Assembly: GCA_041586955.1 (NCBI GenBank)
Contig: JBFGZE010000029.1
Coordinates: 1-31,530, forward strand
Length of the DNA stretch: 31,530 bases
Source: Bacteriovoracaceae bacterium
GTDB taxonomy: Bacteria; Bdellovibrionota; Bacteriovoracia; Bacteriovoracales; Bacteriovoracaceae
Reading direction: 5' to 3'
Shown in pieces: positions 8,677 to 16,349 of the stretch. The notes under the pieces are model-generated. The model saw nothing but the letters and a program-made list of their open reading frames with translations, had not been told where the DNA came from and searched no databases. The translations under genes and the position numbers were made by a program. The number at the start of each line of letters is the position of its first letter. The stretch's first letter is position 1.

Positions 8677-10137
8677 ATGAAATCGTTGATTTTAATTATC
8701 ATACTTTTGACTTCTTGTGCCCAGCTGAGTTGGTCACCCCAAATTAATCGTTATCCATCGGCCTTGACCGGGGAGGGGGTGGTTGGTGTTCTTGGCGATT
8801 TAGAGGGGAATATCGCGCGCTTTGACGATTATATCAAAGGGAGTGATATTCTTTTTTATAACGATGAAGGAGAGGTCGATCTACGCCCAGGAAAGAAGTT
8901 TTTATTCCAAGGTGATGTGATGGATAGAGGGCCTGGTAGTATTCGTATTATGAAGGCGCTGATCCAATTGAAGGATAAATACCCCAATGACATTACTATC
9001 ATATTGGGAAATAGAGACATTAATAAGCTTAAGATTATATCCTTGGTCAAAGAGCATGAGAATGGTCCTATCCCGCAATTAATTTTTAAATGGTATAAAG
9101 CGCTCCTTAAAAATCAATATAAGGTTAAATTTTCAGATAATATTTCTTTTAGTAACTTTCAAGAGCTTGCTGCTCCCTATGATAATCCAGTTAATCGTTT
9201 AAAAGTATTTTTGGCCGGCATGAACGCACCCCAGGCGTTCGAATTCAGGCGCGAGGAATTAACAATTTTAAAACCATCTCAAGCGCCTTTTACAGATGAT
9301 ATGGTTTTTAAAAGTTTTATGGATGATTTTAAAAAAGAGGGGCTTTTGCATCGTTATTTGATAAGAGGTCAATTGGGGAAGGTCATTGATGGCAACCTTT
9401 TTGTTCACGGGGCGGTGACTCCCGATAATTATGGTTATGTCCCTGGAAAAACTCGGCGGATTAATGATGCTATCAAGTGGTTGGATGAATTAAATATATG
9501 GGCGAAAGAAGAAATCAATGCCTGGTGGTCTGACCCCTTCGCTGGCCAGGCGTTATTAAATTATCACGCTCCACGCTTAGGACGTATTTCCAATACATCG
9601 AGTGTTATTTATGCTCGTTTTTCTGATGGCACGGGCAATGCCCAAGCACCCACTCGTCGACTAATCAAGAAACTAAATAATAGTGGAATTCATCGAGTAG
9701 TTGTTGGCCATACTCCCGCAGGTGATTATGTCAGTTTGGTCAAATCCCCAGGGCTCGAAATCGTTTTAACCGATAATTCTTTTAGCACTATGCAGTCAGC
9801 ATCCCAGGTAACCATTAGTGGCGAGCAAGTGGTGATTCAATCAAAAACCCCTGATGGTGAACCAGTTTGGGTTCAGTCCAATTATAACTACCTAGATACA
9901 CCTTTTGGCCTGAAAACACATAAGGGTCAGAGAGTAATTGGTTACCTGCCAAAAACTAATGAATACCTCACACTTAAGGTGAAGGGGTCTGGTCGTCGTT
10001 TTACACCTGTTTATGGCCGTTTGAAAGGTGCTGAAATAGGCAAAGAGGGCCTTCTCCAATTACTTGTTCAAGAGGGGGCGATAGATTGTGAGGCCCTTAT
10101 AAAGAATTTGTTTCGCCAAGGTCAGAGGGCCAATTGA
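8677..10137 (+). CDS. Calcineurin-like metallophosphoesterase, predicted lipoprotein
   Basis: Lipobox LLTSC after MKSLILIIILL. Motifs GDLEG, GDVMDRG, LGNRD, FVHGA and VVGHTP. ATG 8677 preferred over TTG 8671. Confidence 0.8.
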   Translation: MKSLILIIILLTSCAQLSWSPQINRYPSALTGEGVVGVLGDLEGNIARFDDYIKGSDILFYNDEGEVDLRPGKKFLFQGDVMDRGPGSIRIMKALIQLKDKYPNDITIILGNRDINKLKIISLVKEHENGPIPQLIFKWYKALLKNQYKVKFSDNISFSNFQELAAPYDNPVNRLKVFLAGMNAPQAFEFRREELTILKPSQAPFTDDMVFKSFMDDFKKEGLLHRYLIRGQLGKVIDGNLFVHGAVTPDNYGYVPGKTRRINDAIKWLDELNIWAKEEINAWWSDPFAGQALLNYHAPRLGRISNTSSVIYARFSDGTGNAQAPTRRLIKKLNNSGIHRVVVGHTPAGDYVSLVKSPGLEIVLTDNSFSTMQSASQVTISGEQVVIQSKTPDGEPVWVQSNYNYLDTPFGLKTHKGQRVIGYLPKTNEYLTLKVKGSGRRFTPVYGRLKGAEIGKEGLLQLLVQEGAIDCEALIKNLFRQGQRAN

Positions 10138-10297
10138 GGATTTTAAGACGAATGGATTTACAAAGACTTGGCGCATCCAAAGAAGATTTGTTTGCAATTT
10201 TAACGGGTTTGAGGTAAAAAATTAGTATTATCCAATGTTTTGTCAGTCACTCAAGTTAAGGCAATAGCATTGTTTTTTTATTGAATAGGAGTATAGA

Positions 10298-10492
10298 GTG
10301 GAAAAAGGTACAGTTAAATTTTTTAATATGGAAAAAGGTTATGGATTCATTTCACCAGCTGATGGTAGCAAAGATATCTTTGTTCATGCTACTGGTATTG
10401 TAGGTGAGCCAATCGCTGAAGGTGATTCGGTTGAGTATGAAATTGGTGAAGGTCAAAAAGGACCTTGTGCTGTTCAGGTCATGAAAAAGTAA
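10298..10492 (+). CDS. Cold-shock protein (CspA family)
   Basis: GTVKFFN, RNP1 KGYGFI, RNP2 DIFVH, GQKGPCA; SD AGGAG before a GTG start. Confidence 0.97.
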   Translation: MEKGTVKFFNMEKGYGFISPADGSKDIFVHATGIVGEPIAEGDSVEYEIGEGQKGPCAVQVMKK

Positions 10493-10515
10493 AAAAGATA
10501 TATTCAATTATTGGG

Positions 10516-10542
10516 ACTGGCGTTTTTCTAGCGCCAGTTTTT
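10516..10542 (+). terminator. Rho-independent terminator of the csp gene
   Basis: ACTGGCG...CGCCAGT stem followed by a T-tract. Confidence 0.8.
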
Positions 10543-10927
10543 CTATCAAAAGGCCTAATTGAACAATCATCATAACTTGTTTGAACGCCCTCGTAAGTTA
10601 CTATTAAACTTACGTGTCAATACACTAGACGCTTCATACTAGTGAAATTTGAAGCGGGCTCGATCGATCTGTCTAGAGAATGATGTGAGTAGAGTGATCA
10701 GTATTGGGATTAGCATGAAGCTCTTTTCTAGGTGTTGAGAGTGGTAGTCTTCGTCAATAACTCCTACTAGACAGCGGCAATCTGTAATCTAAAAATACTC
10801 TAATATAATGAGCTTTATCTTCTAATTCTATTAACTAATTTCTCTGGCAAGTGATGGCCCTTACTTGAGGCCATGTCATTGCTCCCTCTTCAACAGTATA
10901 AAATCATTCAAAATCCGACAAAAAAAC

Positions 10928-10954
10928 TTAAGTTCTTTCGTCATTTGCCGATAG
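10928..10954 (+). promoter_or_regulatory. Putative sigma28 (FliA)-type promoter
   Basis: TTAAGTTC-N11-GCCGATAG, close to TAAAGTTT-N11-GCCGATAA; ATG 10962 lies 7 nt downstream. Confidence 0.65.
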
Positions 10955-10961
10955 GGTTAAT

Positions 10962-11162
10962 ATGATTAGATTAGAAACACCAAAGACACAGGTGCGTAGA
11001 CAAGTTCAAATGATAAAAGAGGGCGGCAAAAAGTCTGTTCAAGTCAAACGTATACTCGACGAAAACGAAAAAACTTACAAACGCGCTTATGAAGCTTTAA
11101 TGAATAATCGGCCAGCGGCCGGTGATGCTCGTATTGTCGCAAAAAAGCTCAATATCATTTAA
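10962..11162 (+). CDS. Small basic hypothetical protein (66 aa)
   Basis: Open frame directly behind a sigma28-like promoter and convergent with lysA (10-nt gap). Protein-like composition; no family recognised. Confidence 0.6.
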   Translation: MIRLETPKTQVRRQVQMIKEGGKKSVQVKRILDENEKTYKRAYEALMNNRPAAGDARIVAKKLNII

Positions 11163-11172
11163 TGTCATTACT

Positions 11173-12405
11173 TTAAATCGAAATATCCACCTGATTACGC
11201 AAGAGATCTTCATAGGTTTCACGCCTACGTATAAGATGATCTCTGTCCTGGTAAAGTAGAACTTCTGCCGGCCGAGGCCTTGAATTATAATTTGAGGCCA
11301 TGGAGAAACCATAAGCTCCAGCATTAAGAATTCCCAAGATATCCCCCGTTTTTACTTCCGGTAAGCGGCGGTTGAAGCCGAGAGTATCTGTCTCACAAAT
11401 ATAACCAACAACATTATAAATATGTTTTTCACCACTAGGGTTACTCAAGTTGACTATATGGTGGTAGGAATCATACATCATTGGTCGTAAGAGGTGATTA
11501 AGGCCAGAGTTCACGCCGACAAAGGTATTGGTCGGCGTCTTTTTTACCTGATTGGTCTTAACTAAAAGAAGGCCACTCTCTGAAACTAGGAATTTTCCAG
11601 GTTCAAACCAGACTTCTAAATCTCTTCCATATTTCTTACAAAACACCTTAAATTGTTCACCCAAGCTCTTACCAAGGTGAGCGATATTTGTTTCTTGGTC
11701 TTTATCGGAATATGGAACCTTAAAACCCGAGCCAAAGTCAATAAATTCCAAATTCTCAAATTGAGCAGCGACCTTAAAAATAATTTGAGCACCTTTTAGG
11801 AAAATTTCAGATTCAAGAATATCCGAACCGGTATGAACATGGATACCATTAATGGGAATTTCATATTGTTTTGCAATGGCCAGGATCTCGTCAATCTGAT
11901 GAACTGAGATACCAAACTTGCTGTCGATGTGGCCGGTGCTAATTTTCAAATTGCCACCTGCCATGAGGTGAGGGTTGATCCGTATACAACACTTTTTAGT
12001 CTTGCCATAAAGGCGCCCAAAGTCTTTTAAGATATCGAGACCGTCAATATTAATTTGAACTCCTAATTCAACTGCCTCCTGAATTTCTTCAAATGCCACA
12101 CAATTAGGAGTAAAAAGAATATGTTCGGCAGGATGACCTACTTGTATGGCCATTTTTACTTCATTGAGGGAGACAGCATCAATTTCAACGCCATACTTTT
12201 TCATAAGTTTTAAGATGGTGAGATTCGTTAGCGCCTTTGCTGCGTATTTGATGCGCAAGTTAAGGTCCCCAAATGCTTCTTTAAAAGCGTTTATTTTCTC
12301 TTCAATCGTTTCAGCGTGATAAAGGTAAATGGGATGGCCGTAGCGTTCTATTAATTCTTGTGGACTATGGTTTTTAAAAAACCGCTCTTGAATTTTTTGC
12401 TCCAT
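11173..12405 (-). CDS. lysA: Diaminopimelate decarboxylase
   Basis: PLP lysine in YAAKA, DAVS.NE, RINP, SKFG, HVHTGS, DFGSG, FEPGKFLV, VGYICETD, GAYGFSMASNYNSRPRPAEV. Confidence 0.95.
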   Translation of the reverse strand: MEQKIQERFFKNHSPQELIERYGHPIYLYHAETIEEKINAFKEAFGDLNLRIKYAAKALTNLTILKLMKKYGVEIDAVSLNEVKMAIQVGHPAEHILFTPNCVAFEEIQEAVELGVQINIDGLDILKDFGRLYGKTKKCCIRINPHLMAGGNLKISTGHIDSKFGISVHQIDEILAIAKQYEIPINGIHVHTGSDILESEIFLKGAQIIFKVAAQFENLEFIDFGSGFKVPYSDKDQETNIAHLGKSLGEQFKVFCKKYGRDLEVWFEPGKFLVSESGLLLVKTNQVKKTPTNTFVGVNSGLNHLLRPMMYDSYHHIVNLSNPSGEKHIYNVVGYICETDTLGFNRRLPEVKTGDILGILNAGAYGFSMASNYNSRPRPAEVLLYQDRDHLIRRRETYEDLLRNQVDISI

Positions 12406-12523
12406 TTCTTTCTCCCAAAAATTTTATTCTCTTTGAGAATAAACGATGAATGGTTTTTCTCAAAGAGTATTATAGGGATTCTCAGAGAACAAATATAAGA
12501 TTTAAAAAAGGAAGGTGAAAAGT

Positions 12524-12563
12524 AAAAAACCGATATCCTTTAAGTCCATTTATCAGATATCGG
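12524..12563 (-). terminator. Rho-independent terminator between the START gene and lysA
   Basis: On the minus strand CCGATATC-18 nt-GATATCGG followed by TTTTTT. Confidence 0.55.
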
Positions 12564-12691
12564 GCAGACGATGTATTTATTAAATGTCTCTGCGTTATTC
12601 ATTGTATTGACTGAAGATTAAGCCTTAAAGACTTTATTTCTTACAAATCGTTACCATTCTCTCAACGGGTTTTATCGATTGGGTAAGACGT

Positions 12692-13387
12692 TTATTTTTT
12701 GTTTACGTCCTTTTGCGGATAGGGGTATTCGCCCTTTAGCGCCATCGTTACTTTTTGGGTAAAATTCAATAATAATGATTTGTCGTGGTGATAGATGCGT
12801 TTTATTTCACCTTGAATGGCATGAATTGAGTCAGTGAGGTCCTTGACCATATTGCCTTTAAAAAGAGGCGCAAAAAATGACTTTGGGTGAATAAAACTAT
12901 GGTATTCAACCAGGCTCTGATTTGTGCTCTTGGGATAAGGTGAAAACTTTGCGAGTCCTTTAACATTCTTCGCTTGATTGCTTTGGACTAAAAACCAGCT
13001 GACTTGATAGGTATGTGACTTAAGCTGATGGAGGTGGTGTCCATGAGTATAGCGACCATCATTTAAAGGCCAAGGCATATCCATGATATAATCAACCCAA
13101 ATTTCTGTAGGGCCTACCAGTTTAGAAATCTTCGCTTTCCTTAATTTGGGTATATAGGTGGTCTGATGCTCGTATGCCGCAAATACTGCTACGGAGGAAA
13201 GGGGATCAGCTTGGGCCTTAAAAAAGCAGATAATCTTTGGCCATGGCGCGTTGTTAACCTTCTCTCTGCGCACAATAACCTCGCCTTCATTGAGCTTTTT
13301 CCACTCCTCAAGAGTGAAGTCTTGTTGAGCCCTTAGAGTAGGTAATGTGATGAATAGCAGGATGACAAAGCACTTAAAAAGTTTCAT
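12692..13387 (-). CDS. Exported START/SRPBCC-superfamily lipid-binding protein
   Basis: Signal peptide MKLFKCFVILLFITLPTLRA. START-like features YIPKL.KAKI and MPWPLNDGRY (compare PWPxxxRD/Y), G.AKFSP...LVEY....HP, and a C-terminal amphipathic helix. Confidence 0.7.
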   Translation of the reverse strand: MKLFKCFVILLFITLPTLRAQQDFTLEEWKKLNEGEVIVRREKVNNAPWPKIICFFKAQADPLSSVAVFAAYEHQTTYIPKLRKAKISKLVGPTEIWVDYIMDMPWPLNDGRYTHGHHLHQLKSHTYQVSWFLVQSNQAKNVKGLAKFSPYPKSTNQSLVEYHSFIHPKSFFAPLFKGNMVKDLTDSIHAIQGEIKRIYHHDKSLLLNFTQKVTMALKGEYPYPQKDVNKK

Positions 13388-13495
13388 TAATTCTATCTTA
13401 GCAGCAGATTGAAGAAATGCATGTTTTTTCTTTCTTTCATTGAAATTTGAAGGTAAGAGTTTTAGGATAGCTTACCGCATAAGGGGAATTTCGGT

Positions 13496-14107
13496 ATGGC
13501 CAGAAATCATCAATCTATTCGTGTTTTTGACAATTCAATTCTAGAAGCTTTGACGCATGTGCATCCAATCACACCTTTATTGATGTGGTCACCAATTGTT
13601 ATTTATCTTACTTATCTCGCGCTCTTTGTTCAGCAATTGTCTTTACTGGCGATGATTTCTTGGGCCTTTATTGGTGTTATCGTTTGGACTTTAATGGAGT
13701 ATGTCGTTCATCGCTATGCCTTTCATTTTCCTGCCAAAAGTAAATTGACGAAACGATTTGTCTTTTTATTTCATGGGATTCACCATGATGAGCCCAATGA
13801 TCCTACACGACTTGTCATGCCTCCAGTTCCTGGGCTTCTTATTATGGGGTTACTATATACTCTCTTCCAGATGATTATTCCGGGGCAATATATAAATATT
13901 TTTATGGCATCATTCATAATCTCTTATTTGGCCTATGATTATATACATTACGCAACTCACCACTTTCCTATGACTTCGAAAGTCGGGCGTTACCTTAAAA
14001 AATACCATCTCCAGCACCATTATACTGATGGCCCCTATAAATATGGGGTTAGTAATCCACTTTGGGATTATGTCTTTAATACTGTTGGACCAAAGAAAGG
14101 TCGTTAG
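13496..14107 (+). CDS. Fatty acid hydroxylase / sterol desaturase family (FA2H/Scs7-like, no cytochrome b5 domain)
   Basis: WTLMEYVVHRYAFH, HGIHHDEP..RLVMPP, YDYIHYATHH, KKYHLQHHY, YGVSNPLWDYVF. These are the four His boxes and flanking motifs of sphingolipid alpha-hydroxylases. Confidence 0.9.
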   Translation: MARNHQSIRVFDNSILEALTHVHPITPLLMWSPIVIYLTYLALFVQQLSLLAMISWAFIGVIVWTLMEYVVHRYAFHFPAKSKLTKRFVFLFHGIHHDEPNDPTRLVMPPVPGLLIMGLLYTLFQMIIPGQYINIFMASFIISYLAYDYIHYATHHFPMTSKVGRYLKKYHLQHHYTDGPYKYGVSNPLWDYVFNTVGPKKGR

Positions 14108-14908
14108 ATGACGGTTTGCCGGTGGTTTCTTTGCGCATGCCTTATTTTCTCTTCCGCTTTATTACCCCAGGAGAGAGGAGATATTAAAGAGGATACGAAA
14201 ACAACAATTGATTATTTCTTACATGCTTCTTATCAGCAATTTACGGTTAAAAATAATCTCTATTATTCCGGAGTGGCCATTCCTACTCTTTGGTATAGTT
14301 TTGAGCATGATGACCGAGTGACTGCTTATGCCATGTCTCGAGAGATAAAAAATAGTGTCGATCATGTCGGTGATGCAGGTATTATTTTTAATTTTCCCCT
14401 CGTGCCAATAGGGTTGTATTTATATGGCCGGCGTAAACAAAATACGAAACTAATGCAATTCTCGATGGAATATGCGGCTGCCATGTACCTGGCCTTAGCT
14501 GAGTCCGGACTTATAAGCTATATTCCTGTCCATGACCGACCGAGCTTAAATGGCATTTCTTTTTGGGAGACGGCCTTTCGCGCGGATTCGTCTTTTCCCT
14601 CTGGCCATATCATTCCTTACTCCACCCTCTTTTTTAAGACACTTCAGTTTTATGGCCCTTATTGGTCGATAATACCTCTTACAATGACAGTTATGTCCAG
14701 TATGCAGAGAGTTCAAGAAGGTAGGCATTACTTTTCGGATATTATTGGTAGCTTTTTTCTTTCGGCCTTTGCCAGTGAGGGAGTGCGGGCGCGCGCCAAT
14801 TACCAAGGGAACCACCCTTTTTACAAATGGATATTCGAGAATCAGGCCCAGGTGACATTTTGGAAGAATCAAGAAACTTGGCGCGTGGGTCTTCAGTTTT
14901 CTTATTAG
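14108..14908 (+). CDS. PAP2-superfamily phosphatase/phosphotransferase
   Basis: ATG directly follows the hydroxylase TAG. C1 ...VHDRP, C2 SFPSGH, C3 QRVQEGRHYFSD; hydrophobic segments; signal-like N-terminus. Confidence 0.85.
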   Translation: MTVCRWFLCACLIFSSALLPQERGDIKEDTKTTIDYFLHASYQQFTVKNNLYYSGVAIPTLWYSFEHDDRVTAYAMSREIKNSVDHVGDAGIIFNFPLVPIGLYLYGRRKQNTKLMQFSMEYAAAMYLALAESGLISYIPVHDRPSLNGISFWETAFRADSSFPSGHIIPYSTLFFKTLQFYGPYWSIIPLTMTVMSSMQRVQEGRHYFSDIIGSFFLSAFASEGVRARANYQGNHPFYKWIFENQAQVTFWKNQETWRVGLQFSY

Positions 14909-15285
14909 ATAAGCAATTCTTTGACCTTTTGCTCGAATTGATCGAGGTCATAGGGTTTGGGCATGAAATGGCATTCCCCATTATTAAATAGCGCCTCGAG
15001 AGGTTCAGGCCCCAGTTCACCAGAGCTTAAAATAACTCGGTCCAATGGGGTTTGGTAAACACTCGGATCCTTTTTCATCGCGAAGATAATATCAGAACCT
15101 TTCATCTTAGGAATATTGAGGTCGAGAATGATAAGTGACAATGGACGAGTTTTGATGAGGTCATTGGCCTCATCTCCGTTTTTCAGATGAAGGACTGGTT
15201 TATCGGGACAGATATCTTTTAATATATCGATAATAATATCCGCTAAATCCTGGTTATCTTCGACAATCAAAATCTCGTTGGCCAT
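14905..15285 (-). CDS. Single-domain response regulator (receiver)
   Basis: ILIVEDN, phosphoacceptor in ILDLNIP.M.G, ILSS, FMPKPYD; SD AAGGAG. Confidence 0.9.
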   Translation of the reverse strand: MANEILIVEDNQDLADIIIDILKDICPDKPVLHLKNGDEANDLIKTRPLSLIILDLNIPKMKGSDIIFAMKKDPSVYQTPLDRVILSSGELGPEPLEALFNNGECHFMPKPYDLDQFEQKVKELLI

Positions 15286-15371
15286 GATGGGTCTCCTTCA
15301 TCGTTTTTCTAGTATAACGGAGTTCGAAATTTTTGTCTTAGGTTTTGGGAAAATTAGCTTTTTAGATATTA

Positions 15372-16349
15372 TTAAATAGAGTTTGTCGACTGATAGTCCT
15401 GCACTGTGACTTTAATGGTTTTTTCTAAAGTCCAATTATATGAATAGGATAGGGCCTCGCTAATTGGTCCGCCATCGCAGGTCCATTTATTTTGAATAAT
15501 TTCATGATATTTATCAGGTGTTAGACGGATATTGAGGGGGAAAACTCTCGCTGCAAGGCCTATTAAGACAGTTGCCAATTTTAAGAGGGTCCGAGGGACT
15601 GGGAGTAATAGAGGTCGTTTGAGCCCCATGGTTTTTGCCATGGTATTAGTCAACTCAGTAAAGCTCACAACCTCATCCGAAGCGGTGAAATAAGGTGTCT
15701 TGCCTAGAGGCTTGTCCAGGCAATTGATGATGATTTCGACCAAATCAAACACACAAATAAAGTTATAAAGGGAATGTTTTCCCGCTTGGCCACAAACGGG
15801 AACCTTACCCTTTTGCACCATTTTAAAGACATCAAGCATTGCTTGGTCTTTGGGACCTATGACCATCGGTGGGCGTAGTATACTGAGTTGCCAATTGGGA
15901 GGGGCCCATTCTTGGAGGAAATTTTCCGCTTGTAATTTGGAGTACCCATAAGAGCTTACAGGGCCTAAATGGATCCCTCTCTGGGTTTCTGGTCCGGCAG
16001 CAGCAAGAGAAGAGAGAAAAATAAAATGGAGTTGGTCGTATTTCTTTTTGAGGGCCTGCGCCAAATTTTTTGTTCCTTGAAAATTAATGGCCGCAAAATC
16101 TTTTTTATGATGAGAATGAACAATACCTGCTGTGTGGATAATTGTTTTAGGGCCCTCTGGTAATTGAGGAAGGATGGTATCAATTGAGTGAGGAGATAAG
16201 TCCCCGATAATGGCCTGGCCAGGTAATTGGCATTGGTTAAACTTTTTTTGACTGCGAACCAATGAATAAACGTCATGCCCTTCTTCATCTAATCGCTGGA
16301 CCAAGTGACGACCAACAAATCCTGTCGCCCCTGTTACTAAAACTATCAT
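15372..16349 (-). CDS. cerR: NAD(P)-dependent extended SDR, probable ceramide (3-oxoceramide) reductase
   Basis: VTGATGFVG, IHTAG, LSSLAAAG, YGYSK (YxxxK), LRPPMVIGP. TAATG coupling to the upstream GNAT. The function is assigned from context next to spt and bcerS. Confidence 0.75.
   Translation of the reverse strand: MIVLVTGATGFVGRHLVQRLDEEGHDVYSLVRSQKKFNQCQLPGQAIIGDLSPHSIDTILPQLPEGPKTIIHTAGIVHSHHKKDFAAINFQGTKNLAQALKKKYDQLHFIFLSSLAAAGPETQRGIHLGPVSSYGYSKLQAENFLQEWAPPNWQLSILRPPMVIGPKDQAMLDVFKMVQKGKVPVCGQAGKHSLYNFICVFDLVEIIINCLDKPLGKTPYFTASDEVVSFTELTNTMAKTMGLKRPLLLPVPRTLLKLATVLIGLAARVFPLNIRLTPDKYHEIIQNKWTCDGGPISEALSYSYNWTLEKTIKVTVQDYQSTNSI

Noticed and set aside
10493..10961. c-di-GMP-I riboswitch (merRNA-like), tRNA, retron msr-msd or CRISPR array
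   Set aside because: No GGCAAA/GACGCAAA signature, no cloverleaf or T-loop, no reverse transcriptase nearby, and no regularly spaced direct repeats.
12406..12691. Lysine riboswitch upstream of lysA
   Set aside because: No AGAGG-type conserved core or five-way junction visible on the minus strand; the region is very AT-rich.
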